A stretch of DNA of 64,000 nt from the NCBI RefSeq assembly GCF_963921235.1, contig NC_086108.1, positions 90,212,001-90,276,000 of the forward strand, given 5' to 3'. Positions within the stretch are counted from its first letter, which is position 1, and every line of letters starts with the position of its first letter. Made by a program: the position numbers and the translations under genes. Positions 38,945 through 50,539 of the stretch are shown piece after piece. The DNA is from Mobula hypostoma. Its lineage: Eukaryota. The notes below the pieces were generated by a model. The model was given only the letters and a program-made list of their open reading frames with translations, did no database searches and was not told the DNA's origin.

Positions 38945-40065
38945 ATCCATGGAGAGCATTCTAACTGGCAGCTTCACTGTCTGGTATGGGAGCGGAGGGC
39001 TACTGCACAGGATCAAAGTAAGCTGCAAAGAGTTGTAAAATTAGTCAGCTCCATCATGTGCACTGGGCTCCGTAGTATCCAAGGTATCTTCAAGTAATGT
39101 TGCCTTGAAGAGGCGGCATCCATCATTAAGGACCACCATCGCCCAGGACATAAGACAATAAGATATTGGAGCAGAATTAGACTATTTGGCCCATTGAGTC
39201 TACTCTGCCATTTCCTCATGGCTGATCCAATTTTCCTCTCTATCCCAAAGTCCTTCTCCCTGTATCCCTTCATGCCCTGACCAATCAAGAATCTATCAAA
39301 CTCTGCCTCAAATATGCATCAGGACTTGCTGCCTGTGTCAAAGAATTCCATAGATTCACCGCCATCTGGCCAAAGAAATTCTTCCTCATCTCTGCTCTAA
39401 AAGGACACCTCTCTACTTTGAGGCTGTGTCCTCTGGTCTTAGGGTCTCCCATCATAGGAAACATCCTCTCCACATCCACTTCATCAAGGCCTTTTCACCA
39501 TTCGAAAGGTTTCAATGAGGTCACCCATCATTCTTCTGAGTTCTAGTGAATTCAGGCCCAGAGCCATCAAACACTCTTCATATAACAAGCCATTCAATCC
39601 TTCAATCCTGGAAACATTTTCTTGAACCTCCTTTGAACCCTCTCCAGTTTCAGCACATCCTTTCTAAGGTAAGGGGCCCAAAACTGCTCACAATACTCCA
39701 AGTGAGGCCTCACCTGTGCTTTATAAAGTCTCAACATTACACCTCCTCTTCTCTTTGTTACATCAGGAAGGAGGTACAGAAGCCTGAAGGCACACACTCA
39801 GTGATTCAGGAACAGCTTCTTCCCCTCTGCCATCCAATTTCTGAATGGACATTGAACCCATGAACACTACCTCACTACTTTATTATTTTTGTTTTTTCCC
39901 TACTTATTTAATTTAACTGTTATGTATATATGTAACTGATAATTTAACTGTTATGTATATATACTGTAATTGATCTTTTTTTCCATGTTATCATGTATTG
40001 CATTGTCCTGCTGCAACAAAGTTAACACATTTCAGGATATATGCTGGTGATATTAAACCTGATTC
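38945..40065. mobile_element. Rex1-like 3' end (plus) containing a CR1 3' fragment (minus, ~39150-39745)
   Basis: ESILTGSFTVWYG motif; nested MLRLYKAQVRPHLEYCEQFWAPYLRKDVLKLERVQRRF; tail aaacctgattctga. Confidence 0.85.
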
Positions 40066-41272
40066 TGAGCTGAATTATCTGATTTATTTCTGATTTGCAT
40101 CCTCCTTAAGTATCTTGCTTTTACTTTATAAAGTTGCCCATCTTGAAAATGCACCATTGTCAGCCAATGCAAATACTGCAACAGGAAATTCATCCAAATT
40201 TTATGGGAAATAAGCCTTAAAGGACAAAACCTATTTAACACCAACTCAGATGGTTTAATAAAACTAGATGTCCGATGAGTATAGGTTTTGAATTGTATAC
40301 ATGCCTGCGTGCAAACATTTGCGGAACATTTCCAAAATTTAGTGACATGTATCCCTCAAACTTTCATCTTATAAAGATGTATAAAAGGAAATCAGCAGAC
40401 GAATGAGTCAATAAAGCTGTGTTAAAATAATAGACACATTCTGTACATCTATCAGAGATACAGTACTTTAAAATGTCAACATAATGTGACTTCCAGTGCA
40501 TCAATAATACATTACCATGAGAATGACTGCACGCGTGCAAATGCCTTTGCTATTTATTATCGAAGGTAAATACTGCCTCTGTTCTGAGTTGCAGTTCTCA
40601 TTTGTATTATGAACTATATACACCACGGGATTTGAAATGTTCATGGAAATATCTTATGCTCTAGGTTTCCTTTAATTAAAATGTCAAACCAATGATTACA
40701 AAGTTAACAACCAGAATTAGAAACTAAATGAATACATTTAGCTCGTCTTCTGACTAGAATATTTTGTTTCAACTAACGATTGTAAAGTAAATGTATTAAA
40801 GCATTTATAAGTTTGCATTAAACTGATTACTGCTTGCATATTCCTGTCTGTAGGTGTTAAAAAACACTGCATCCATAGTCACTTAGGAAACTTAACATAA
40901 ATTATGCACTAGGATTTTCTACTGAGTTGCATTGTCTACATGTTTATTCTTTACAACAATGTCTTTCTCTTGAATTTTTGGAACTCTGTATTTGCCTTTG
41001 ACTTCCCAATAGATCAAAACTTTCATTTGGAAATGAAATCTTAATATCTGTCAAGTATGTACTAACAAAATTAAAATGTTATGCTTGTACATTGTTCTTG
41101 TCTATCAATATTTACTTCCTGTTTTTTGGATTTTTAAGGTCACTTTTCTGCATTGCTACTTCTGACGTTTACCCGTTGAAATGTTCGATCTAGCCACCAG
41201 GTGATGTTGTGGAGTGATTTTGTTTCATTGTTCCAATTTTCTTTTATTGAGTTTTTTTTAATTGTAACTTAC

Positions 41273-41500
41273 CTTGGAATTGTATTGGTTCCAGTTTGGG
41301 AATATGGCTGTGAATGCTGAGTCATGGATGATCTGGGGTAGTTTCTGATGTGCAGGTGCTCCATTTGCATCCCAAGTGTTGCTTTTAATCTGTACTGGGC
41401 TTAACTCACAACACCATACAGTAGACATACCGCAGGACCAGCAAAAAAGGGGGCGGCTAACTCTACCTACGTAAGTGGGATTGGGCGGATATATGGGATG
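41273..41500 (-). other. Candidate exon, or promoter plus first exon, of an unidentified transcript
   Basis: Acceptor ttgtctcttcctgtacAG, donor AAG|GTAAGT, 228 nt open in phase 0/0 (HPIYPPNPTY...NQYNSK). Also contains two GGGCGG boxes and a CCAAT. No homology recognised. Confidence 0.3.
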
Positions 41501-42208
41501 CTGTACAGGAAGAGACAATTTGTGGTAAAGAACTCCAGAAATTAAAAAGCATCGCAAAGCATTGAGAGGTTCTGTGGATATACAAGCTGTGGCAATAGTG
41601 CCCAAGGAAGGGGTGGGGTGCAGAAGTAGGTGAGGGAGGGTTGTGGGAAGGGGGGATAGATAGATAGATAGATAGGGAGAGAGAAAGAGAGATGACAGAA
41701 CTCTTACGGTTTTGATTTTCAGGAGAGCGATAGCATCCACAAAGCTCCTGTAAACTGTAGGCTCTGTACCTGAGGTTATCCTAATAAGAATTCAGAAGTA
41801 CAAACATTCAGGAGTCGTCTGCTTGCAGGTGGTATTTTATGTTAATATAGAGTTAAGTTGGTTAAACAACAGGAAGCAGGTGTTAGGAAGTTTTAAAGTT
41901 TTGAAAGATTTTATTTTCCAAAGTTAAAGCATTTCTGCTGTGAATGCATAATTTCCTCGAACTGTCTGCACACCGGAAATGTTATTGAAGTACCCTCTAT
42001 TGTAACAGCTGAATTAGTACTCAGTCATCTAGATCCGATTGATGATTTTGTAATATTTAAAGTTTGTAGCAAACAGCTGGCATAGATGCCTGACAGGAAA
42101 TGGGAAAGAAAGCTGAAGTGTTATGAGGAAACTCGAGAGAATTTGAAACACACGCAAAATGCTGGAGGAACTCAGCAGGCCAGGCAGCATCTATGGAAAG
42201 GACAAAAA

Positions 42209-42246
42209 CAGTCGAGGTTTCTGGCCAAAATGCTTCCTCAGGACCG
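42209..42246 (-). ncRNA. Degenerate minimal hammerhead motif
   Basis: Minus strand cggtc CTGAGGA agcattttggcca GAAA c CTC gactg. Stem I (cggtc/gactg) and the core are intact; stem II is disrupted. Confidence 0.6.
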
Positions 42247-42575
42247 ACAAGGAAGGGAGAAGACACCAGAACAAGAAAGTAGAGGGAGAGGAAGGAGTAG
42301 AAGCTGCAAGGTGATAGGTGATGCCAAGTGGGCGGGAGAGGGGGAAATGAGGTGAGAAGCTGGGAGGTGATTGATGGGAAAGGTAAAGGGCTGAAGAATA
42401 AGGAATCTGATAGAAGAGGAGAGTGGTCCATGAGAGAAGTGGACAGAGGGACACTAAGGATAGATAATAAATAGATGAGGAGAAGAGAAGAGGTAAGGGG
42501 TAAGCTGGAGAGTAGAGTGGAATGAAAGGTTCGGAGGAGGAGAATATGACCAGAAATTAGATAAATTGACATTCA

Positions 42576-43545
42576 TTCCATCAGGTTGGAGGACACTCAG
42601 ACATTCCAGTAGGTTGGAGGCTATCTAGAGATTCCAGTAGGTCAGAGCAACTCAGACGTTCCAGTACATTGGTGGCAACCCAGACATTCCAGTACTTCGG
42701 AGGGTACCCAGAGATTCCAATAGGTTGGAGGCAACACAGAGATTCCAGTAGGTTGGAGGCTACACAGAGATTCCAGTAGGTTGATAACTTCCCAGACATT
42801 CCAGTAGGTTGGAGGCTACACAGAGATTCCAGTAGGTTGATAACTTCCTAGACATTCCAGTAGGTTGGAGGCTTCCTAGATGTTCCAGTACGTTGGAGGC
42901 TTCCCAGCCGTTCCAGTAGGTTGGAGGCTTCCCCGACATTCCAGTAGGTTGGAGGCTTCCCAGAGATTCCAGTAGATTGGAGGCTACCCAGACATTTCAA
43001 TAGATTGGAGGCTACACAGAGATTCCAGTAGGTTGGAGGCCTCTCAGAGATTCCAGTAGATTGGAGGCTACCCAGACATTTCAATAGATTGGAGGCTACA
43101 CAGAGATTCCAGTAGGTTGGAGCAACCCAGACGTTCCAGTAGGTTGTAGGCTACCAAGACGTTCCAGTAGGTTGGAGGTTACACAGAGATTCCAGTAGGT
43201 TGGTAGCTTCCAAGGCATTCCAGTAGTTTGGAGGCTGCTCAGAGATTCCAGTAGATTGGAGGCTGCTCAGAGATTCCAGTAGTTTGGAAGCTTTCCAGAC
43301 GTTCCAGTAAGCTGGAGGCTACACAGAGATTCCAGTAGGTTGGGTCCCTCTCAGAGATTCCAGTATGTTGGAACTACCCGGACATCCCAGTAGGTTGGAA
43401 GCTTCTCAGATGTTACAGTAGGTTGGAGGCTACACAGAGATTCCAGTAGGCTGGAGGCTACCTAGACGTTCCAGTAGGTTTGAGACTTCCCACATGTTCC
43501 AGTAGGCTTCGGTAGAATGGAGGCTACCCAGAGATTGCAGTAAGC
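42576..43545. repeat. Minisatellite, 28-bp unit (~ATTCCAGTAGGTTGGAGGCTACCCAGAS), about 34 copies
   Basis: ttccagtagg recurs at 28-bp spacing; diagnostic variants recur at 56 bp (42781/42837) and 84 bp (42993/43077). Confidence 0.97.
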
Positions 43546-45227
43546 ATGAGGCAAACCAGAATATAAAATTTGCTTTGAGAACAAAGGAGAAACTGCTAGT
43601 TTTATTATTTATTGGCCATGAAGTTTCACCCTTCCAAGTAAGGCCTCTTAGCCCCAGGCCTGCACAAGTCTTATTCACTCATCAGAAGGTACAATATGTT
43701 TATTGGATTATTTGTGGATTGCCCTCTCAGAATTGTCATGAGTAAATAGTTCATAGCATAAGGCAGTAGAGACCAGGGCTAATACACTTCACTGTCAGCT
43801 GTACATCAAGCTTACTGTAATATATCAATCTCAAGTAAAGAGGTTTTGCTCTTCTGGCCTCCAATCCGCATCTGGTCCCAGTCCAATTATTTTCCGCCGT
43901 TTAACTCTGCTTGACTTTAAAACTTCAGCTGGTATTGTCATGTGTATTGCCATTGATAATCTATCATTGGATGAGAACAGTGGTTACTTATGTTGTTGCA
44001 AAGAATTGAATGCTTAACTTGTGACTATCAGGTTATTTTCATTACTGCAGTTAATGCTATTTTCTAACTGGATAAATAAGGAACAAGCACCAAGGCATGA
44101 CCTAGAGATTAATATGTAGCCTCACTAACAGCCTTACACTGAGCCACTGAGCTGTCTGACCCTGCATCTCTGCAGAGCACTGGTGCTGAGATGTCTCTCT
44201 TTTAGGAGTAGCTTGTAGATGAAAGGGAGCAGGCAAGAAAGAACTTCAGTCAGAGTGTGACCACTTCTCACCTACGGTCCACATCTACCACCATCCACCA
44301 ATGCTTCCCACATTTATAAATGCCCAAACAGAAATGAAGCAAGAAAGATTTCCAGCTGTCAGGCAGGAGGCTAGGTAGCCTGCCTCCAACTCTGGCGATG
44401 CACAGGATAGAAACAATGTAGAAACAATAGCAAATGTAAAAGAAAGCAATTACAATTCACCTGGTGTATCCACAGGCGTGTTTGACAAAATGTTAAACTA
44501 CTCCGTTTCCTTTTCTCTATTGTGGTACATTAAATTTAATGATTGGCAACACTTTCGTATTTTACCCGTTATTGCATCCCATGTGCCAGCTTATCCTTTC
44601 AGTTGCTTCCTGATGGATGTGCATGCATGATGGAACTCCTTGGGGGTATATGCAATGGGTGGTTGCTTGATTGATTGTCTGTTTTGTACAGAGTAAGTGA
44701 GGGATGGTGCGAACAGTACAGGAGAGGTTGACAGATAATTTCAGTTTTAATTTTTATTCAGACTAACTGAATGAACCTTCAAAATGTTCAGGTTATTGCT
44801 GGCATCCTAAGCAGTAAGGCATTTGGCTGGTCCAGAAATTGATGCTGTGTTCAAATTGGTCTTCATTCTCCTCGTCTTCAGCCATGTCCTCTTCAAGAAA
44901 TGATTAATGAATGCTTACCTTGTTTTCCATCTCTAATGTAGAGCATTGTGCAGAATACTGCACACTGCCAAGACACTTGAGACTGTTGTATGTCCAGCTG
45001 AGTCTGTGAACACATGACGTGCAAATAAATTCAGACAGGTAAGTCTTATGTCTTGACAATATTTCTTTAGGAACATGTTCTTCAACCTAAACACTTTTTG
45101 TTCTCACGTCTGCTGCTCACTGTTCTCTTTTCGCAAGTATCTATATCCCATTGTTAAAGGTAAGTGGTCCTGACCACTGCCTCACCCAATCCTGACACTG
45201 ATAAATTACATATGCATTACTTCAAGA

Positions 45228-45472
45228 CTGCTTGTATGGCAGAGGCAGCCGAGAACACGACTGCAAATTGTTGTTCCCCTTTGCGCATTGTGGTGTACTG
45301 GGAGACAACCTTGCCATTTCTTTAGCATTTATCTGCTTTTTGCAAGGCCAATTTGCTGGCTTGATACTCAACCCAGCATGGATGGAAAGCGTGAAAGGAG
45401 CCAGCCAGATTCGAACCCGGGATCACCTGCTTCAAAGTCCAGTGCTGATGCGACTACACCACCAGCCGGCAT
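45228..45472 (-). mobile_element. tRNA-derived SINE
   Basis: Minus strand gccggctggtggtgtagtcgcatc (A box) ... ggttcgaatct (B box), followed by a ~170-nt non-tRNA body. Confidence 0.75.
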
Positions 45473-47664
45473 AACTGCAGATACTGAGCTATTATCTGCA
45501 GCAGAAGTTCAAACAGCCATACAAACTGCTGCTTTTTCTTGCCTCATTTTCATTGCAGAGACTGCCAAGCCCAAGAAACCCCAGTGGGAGACATTAATTT
45601 TAAATCCCTGGTTTAAAAAAAGTCTTCAGATAAACTTCATTAATATTTGATGACGATTGCCCACCTCCAGGCATAGCCTTCCCATATACACCCAAGGCAA
45701 CTACAGTACGTGCAGTTTGGTGGCAGGTTTGAGAATTGCTGCCTTCCCAGCTGCTCTGAGGAGTTAAATGTCTCCCCTCCCCTCAGAGTCTGAAGACCCA
45801 CACTCAGCGATTCAGAATCAGCTTTGTTTTCTGAATAGGCATGAACACAGCCTCATTATTCCTATTTTTGCATAATTTACTGATTTTTGTAATTTATAGT
45901 AATTTTATGTTTTTTCACTGTATTGTTGCAAATCAACAAATTTTGCTTTTTATAAGTCAATAATGGATTATGAAACAGAATCAAAATTCACACCCAGTAC
46001 TAAATTATTCCAACTAATAATGAACAGCATACAATGGAATGAAATATATTAATTCAATTGCATGCATCTTCCTGAAACATAATGAATGCATAGGAAAGGA
46101 AAAAAAACCTCAATTCTCCATGTTGAAAACACCATAGAAAAGGGAATTCTGCAAGCAGCGAGGAGGAAATCCACTTCCAGAATTTTTTTTGTTTGCTTAA
46201 TGAATGGCAGGCTTTTCAGGAAGATCATGTTGACCAAGATGATTTTGGCGCAATACCATTGGAAAGCAACTACATTGGAAAGTGAAACAAAGCAGTAGCC
46301 ATTTCACATCATCCTATTCCCAATGAGTCTGACTCAGTGATTTCATATTCTGACTCTCTGACTAACCCAACAATCTCCATTTATTTAACATTACCGTCAT
46401 CCAACTATAATCACACACCCACATCCCACTTTCATCTCAGCTACTTGCCCAACAGTCATCTCCAAAAATTGGTGACATGTTGACGGTGAAACATTCATTC
46501 AGCTACAACTGTCAGTGTATCCTTTAGGGCAGCCTTTGTCTCTCTGCTATCTTATTGTTTTTGTGCTTTTTTTTGATATTTCAAATGTCTGTTTTAACAG
46601 TGATGAACAGTATGCTCTGCACCATACAGAATTTTCATAATCAGGCACGTTAGATAAAGCTATTTCCTGTAGATATCAATTATAGATAAACACGTAGTCT
46701 GCTCAAGAAACAAGATGGTTGGAATTTATGAACTCAACATGACATTATTAAATAATCAAACAGTTTAAAGAAACTGTCACATACGAGTTTTTAGAATTGT
46801 GGTTTGTCTTACGACTTCCATTCATTTGTTTAACCTTTGTCGCGTTTGAATTGTTCTGTGACATGGAACAATGTTGCCAGATCCATTTCTTTGTCCGCCT
46901 TGTATATTAAATGAATTCTTGTTATTTCTAAAAGCAGGAGAATTGGGTCAATATTTGACCTCAATACCATGTTGGGCTTACTGCTGTTGCTGCAACTTCT
47001 CTTCTTTCAGCCTCGACACATGCATCGCCTTAGTTTTTTGGATCATTATGAAAAGCATCTGTGATGATCATCTTGACAGACTCTTCAAAAATCTGTTGAG
47101 ACTCTTTAGTGTGGCTTTGTATGACAAATTTTAATGAACAGTATCCTATAATCCATTTTAACTCTGAAAAAAATGCATTGTTTCCCTACTTCAGACGTTG
47201 CCAATTCTACTTCTTATCCTGGCGATCTGTTCTCCAATAAATTCCAGTACTGTTTATAGTTGTTCTTCAAACAATAAAATGTGTGTGACCAAATGTCTTG
47301 TTGGCTGATGTTCTGATCATAATAACTGGTGTTTTTTTGCCCCTGAAGAGAACATTCAGAGGATTTTTCAGTTCTATGAATCTCTAACCTGTGTTCTCAC
47401 TTTCCATTAACAGTAACAAACTATGGTCTTATGTTCTTTGCATTTTGGATGAAGTTGCCCATTTTACTGTTAGTCTATGTGTTTATCAATTTTTCTAATT
47501 AGTCTCCTTGGCTTTTCATTTCTTTCTGTGCAAGGCATCTTCCAAGTGAATCTTCAGTTCTTGTTCTAATGATTGGACATCTTCTATAGTTTGCAATAAC
47601 CAATAGTAATTTCACCTTTTATCCTTATATTCTACAGTATATTTGATTTTATCAAAGATAGTGG

Positions 47665-49000
47665 TTTGACATCAGGGACATCTCAGATCGCATCCACAGC
47701 CTTTTTGAGAGGGAGGGAGAGCAGCCAGATTTTTTGTACATATTGGTAACAATGACATAGGAAGGCTAGGCATTGAGGTTCTGAAGTGAGAATTTAGACA
47801 GCTAGGCAGAAAGCTGAGAAGCAGGACCTCCAGCGTGGAAATTTCTGGATTGCTACCTGTGCCATGTAGCAGTGAGGGTAGAAACAAGATGATTTGGCAT
47901 GTAAGTGTGTGGCTGACAAGCTGGTGCAAGGGGGAGGGCTTCAGGTTCTTGGATCATTGTTATCTCTTCTGGGGGAGGTATAATCTGTACAAAAGAGACA
48001 GGTTACGCATGAACCCGAGGGGGACTAATATTCTCACTGCAGGTTTGTTAGAGCTGTTGGGGAGCATTTAAGCTAATTTGGCAGGGTGATGGGAACTAGA
48101 GAGAAGGGACTCAGGATAGGATGGATAGTAAAAAAAACAAAGATGTGGGCAAGAAAGTGGGAAGTGAAATACAATATTGGAAAATGCATGGTCATGCACT
48201 TTGGTAGAAGAAATAAATGTGCAGACTATTTCTAAACAAGAAGAAAATCCAAAAATCTGCGATGCAAAGGGACTTGGGAGTCCTTGTGCAGAACACCCTA
48301 AAGATTAACTTGCAGGTTGAGATGGTGGTGAGGAAGGCAAATGCAACAGTAGCATTCATTTCAAGAGGTCCAGAATATAAGATCAGGGATGTGATGCTGA
48401 GGCTTTATAAGGCATCTGTGAGGCTTCACCTTGAGAATTGTGAACAGTTTTGAGCTCCCTATCTAAGAAAAGGTGTGCTGGCACTGGAGATGGCTCACAA
48501 GAGGTTTGCATGGATGATTCTGGGAATTAAAGGGTTATCATATGAGGGATGTTTGATGGCTCTGGGCCTGTCCTCATTGGAATTTAGAAGGATGATGGTG
48601 GGGGGGGGGAGAATCTCATTGAAAACTTTTGAATGTTGAAAGGCCTGGACAGAGTAGGTGTGGAAATAATGTTTCCCATGATGGGGGAGTCTAGGACAGG
48701 AGGGCACAGCCTCAGGATAGAGGGGCGTCTATTTAAAACAGAGATGCAGAGAAATATCTTTTGCTAGAGTCAGGTGAATTTGTGGAATTTGTTACCACAC
48801 CACCTGTGGAGGCCAGGTCACTGGATGTATTTAAGACAGAGATTGGTAAGTTCTTGATTGGACATAGCATCAAAGGTTACAGGGAGAAGGCCAGGGAGTG
48901 GGGCTGAGGAGGGAAATAAAACAGATCAGCCATGATTAAATGGAAGAGCAGAGTCAATAGGCCAAATGGCCTAATTCTGCTCCTATGCTTATGGTCTTAC
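47665..49000 (+). mobile_element. Internally deleted CR1-like LINE: ORF1 esterase-like fragment fused to the ORF2 3' end
   Basis: FVHIGNNDIGR...LRSRTSSVEISGLLPVP...GFRFLDH (CR1 ORF1 SGNH-type) at ~47670-48090; then QRDLGVLV...MLRLYKASVRLHLENCEQF and a 3' UTR ending cttatggtctta. Confidence 0.88.
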
Positions 49001-49599
49001 GGAAACATGTTCTCATATCTGCAAACATTGTCATACAGTCCTCTCCAAACTATTGAGCAATCCACACAGTGCCCATTTGTGTTTAACCGTTTTCCAATAA
49101 GTTTTAATTTTTTCTTAAACTCGTATTAAAAGGTTGTAATACCATTTATATTTAAGTAGATCTGTAAACTTTTCTCCATTGTCCAGTGACATATTTATTT
49201 AATCAAGACATCATAACTATTTACTACAAAGAGATAATTAAACCAGATTAAACACGTTCAACCCAAGAATCCAGCACGTGGTGGCATCATTTATTTATTT
49301 ACTTTTTGAGAGACAGTGCAAAATAGGTCCTTCAGTGAGCCACGCCACACAGCAAACCTCTGATTTAATCCTGGCCTATCTACAACCTACCAGCCAGTAT
49401 GTCTTTGGACCATGGAAGGAAACTAGCGTACCCAAGGGGTCACAGGGAGAGTGTACAAACTCCTTATAGCAGGTGTGGAAAATGAACCCCTTTCACTGGT
49501 ACTGTAAAGGGTTGTGCTAGGCACCACACCACTGTGCTGAAAGTGTCTGTACTGCTTCAGAGTAGGGTTTCTTCACTGGTGCCTGACGTTGTAGCAGAA

Positions 49600-49845
49600 A
49601 TATTAGAAACATTTGATTATAAATAAGGTGGGACAGTGGAAAACTGATTAGGTGATTAGCCAATCAGGAGGGTTGGACAATGGGGGTATATATACCAACA
49701 AACTAGACACGCCTAGGCATCATCCGTGATGAAGATGGCACAGCTTGCCATTGAAACATTGGTTAAAATCTATACCTGTACCCGGCTGGAAATCCGAGAA
49801 GAGTTTATTCGTCATATACACTGGGAAATCACTAGATCCTTTTTT
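49600..49845 (+). mobile_element. Penelope-like pseudo-LTR (second family) with degenerate hammerhead at 49722-49764
   Basis: CCAAT, TATATATA, then cc gTGATGA a gatggca cagct tgccatt GAAA c att gg (7-bp stem II); homologous to 25430-25630. Confidence 0.7.
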
Positions 49846-49992
49846 AGAAGCTTTTATTGCTAGTGCTAATTTATTGTTAATATTATACATTTTATAGGAC
49901 TTTTTTGTAAGATTGGTCTGCCCCAATGTCTGTATAATTATGCAATAAACTCAGCCAGGTAGTCATGGTGCTAACAGACATAAAGGCTAACT

Positions 49993-50539
49993 TGTCACAA
50001 TAATGTCATAAGTCAGGAATCTTCACTTCACCAAGAAGATCATCATCAGGCAATATCAACATTACAGTTGTGTCAGTATCTCCAGTTGAACTCTGTCTTT
50101 TTGTGTGTTTCCCCCCAGCTATCAGTCTGTGGTTTTGTATTGCCATGTGCTCCTGTCCCTGCTCCTGCTCTACTCCGGCCCCTGTATTACTGAGTAGTCC
50201 CTCTCTCATCTGCTTCTCATTATTACCTGTATTGCTGCCACCTGTGTCTCATTGTGCTCCACCTATCATCTGCCTCTCTGTTTATTGCTCGGTGTATTTC
50301 TGTCCTGTGTTTTCACCTGTTTGTTACCACATTGTGCCAGTGAATTTTCTAGAGCCTTTCCGGCATTTGTGTTTGTCTGTATATTGACTCTACCTGATCT
50401 TGGATTTCTCTGGATGTTTTGATCTCTGCCTGAACTTTAATGCTGACTTTGTTTGCACCTCTGGATTTGGTACTCAATTAATATCACTGTGTGCACAGTA
50501 CTGGGTCTGTGATTGGATCCCTGCTCCAGTGCCCTGACA
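49993..50539 (+). mobile_element. Solo LTR
   Basis: TGTCA...TGACA termini; flanks aact / aagt (imperfect 4-bp TSD); pyrimidine-rich body with cacctg motifs. Confidence 0.7.

Larger units (their letters stand above)
42140..43565 (-). mobile_element. Penelope-like element 3' end / pseudo-LTR hosting a minisatellite
   Basis: Homologous to 20306-20560, 52250-52650 and 61960-62400; hammerhead-like core at 42209-42246; end of the GIY-YIG coding region near 42550-42600. Confidence 0.85.

Noticed and set aside
39909..39975. ~31-bp tandem duplication
   Set aside because: Local slippage within a LINE 3' UTR; unremarkable.
42057..42572. 171-aa hydrophobic/Pro-Ser ORF (also 20332-20605 and 62060-62335)
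   Set aside because: These are translations of the pyrimidine-rich Penelope 3' region that recurs in several copies.
42576..43545. CRISPR-like look (conserved ~18-nt block alternating with a variable ~10-nt block)
   Set aside because: The variable parts are mutated versions of one another, the period is a fixed 28 bp, there are no cas genes, and the context is vertebrate. It is a minisatellite.
42581..43678. Repetitive ORFs (LGSLQPTGIS / PPTYWN) as a repeat protein
   Set aside because: The unit length is not a multiple of 3, so frames cycle and stop. This is a by-product of the array.
44942..45038. Plus-strand exon-like segment with good splice sites (similar case at ~61286-61410)
   Set aside because: Stops in all three frames; at most a non-coding exon, and there is no independent support.
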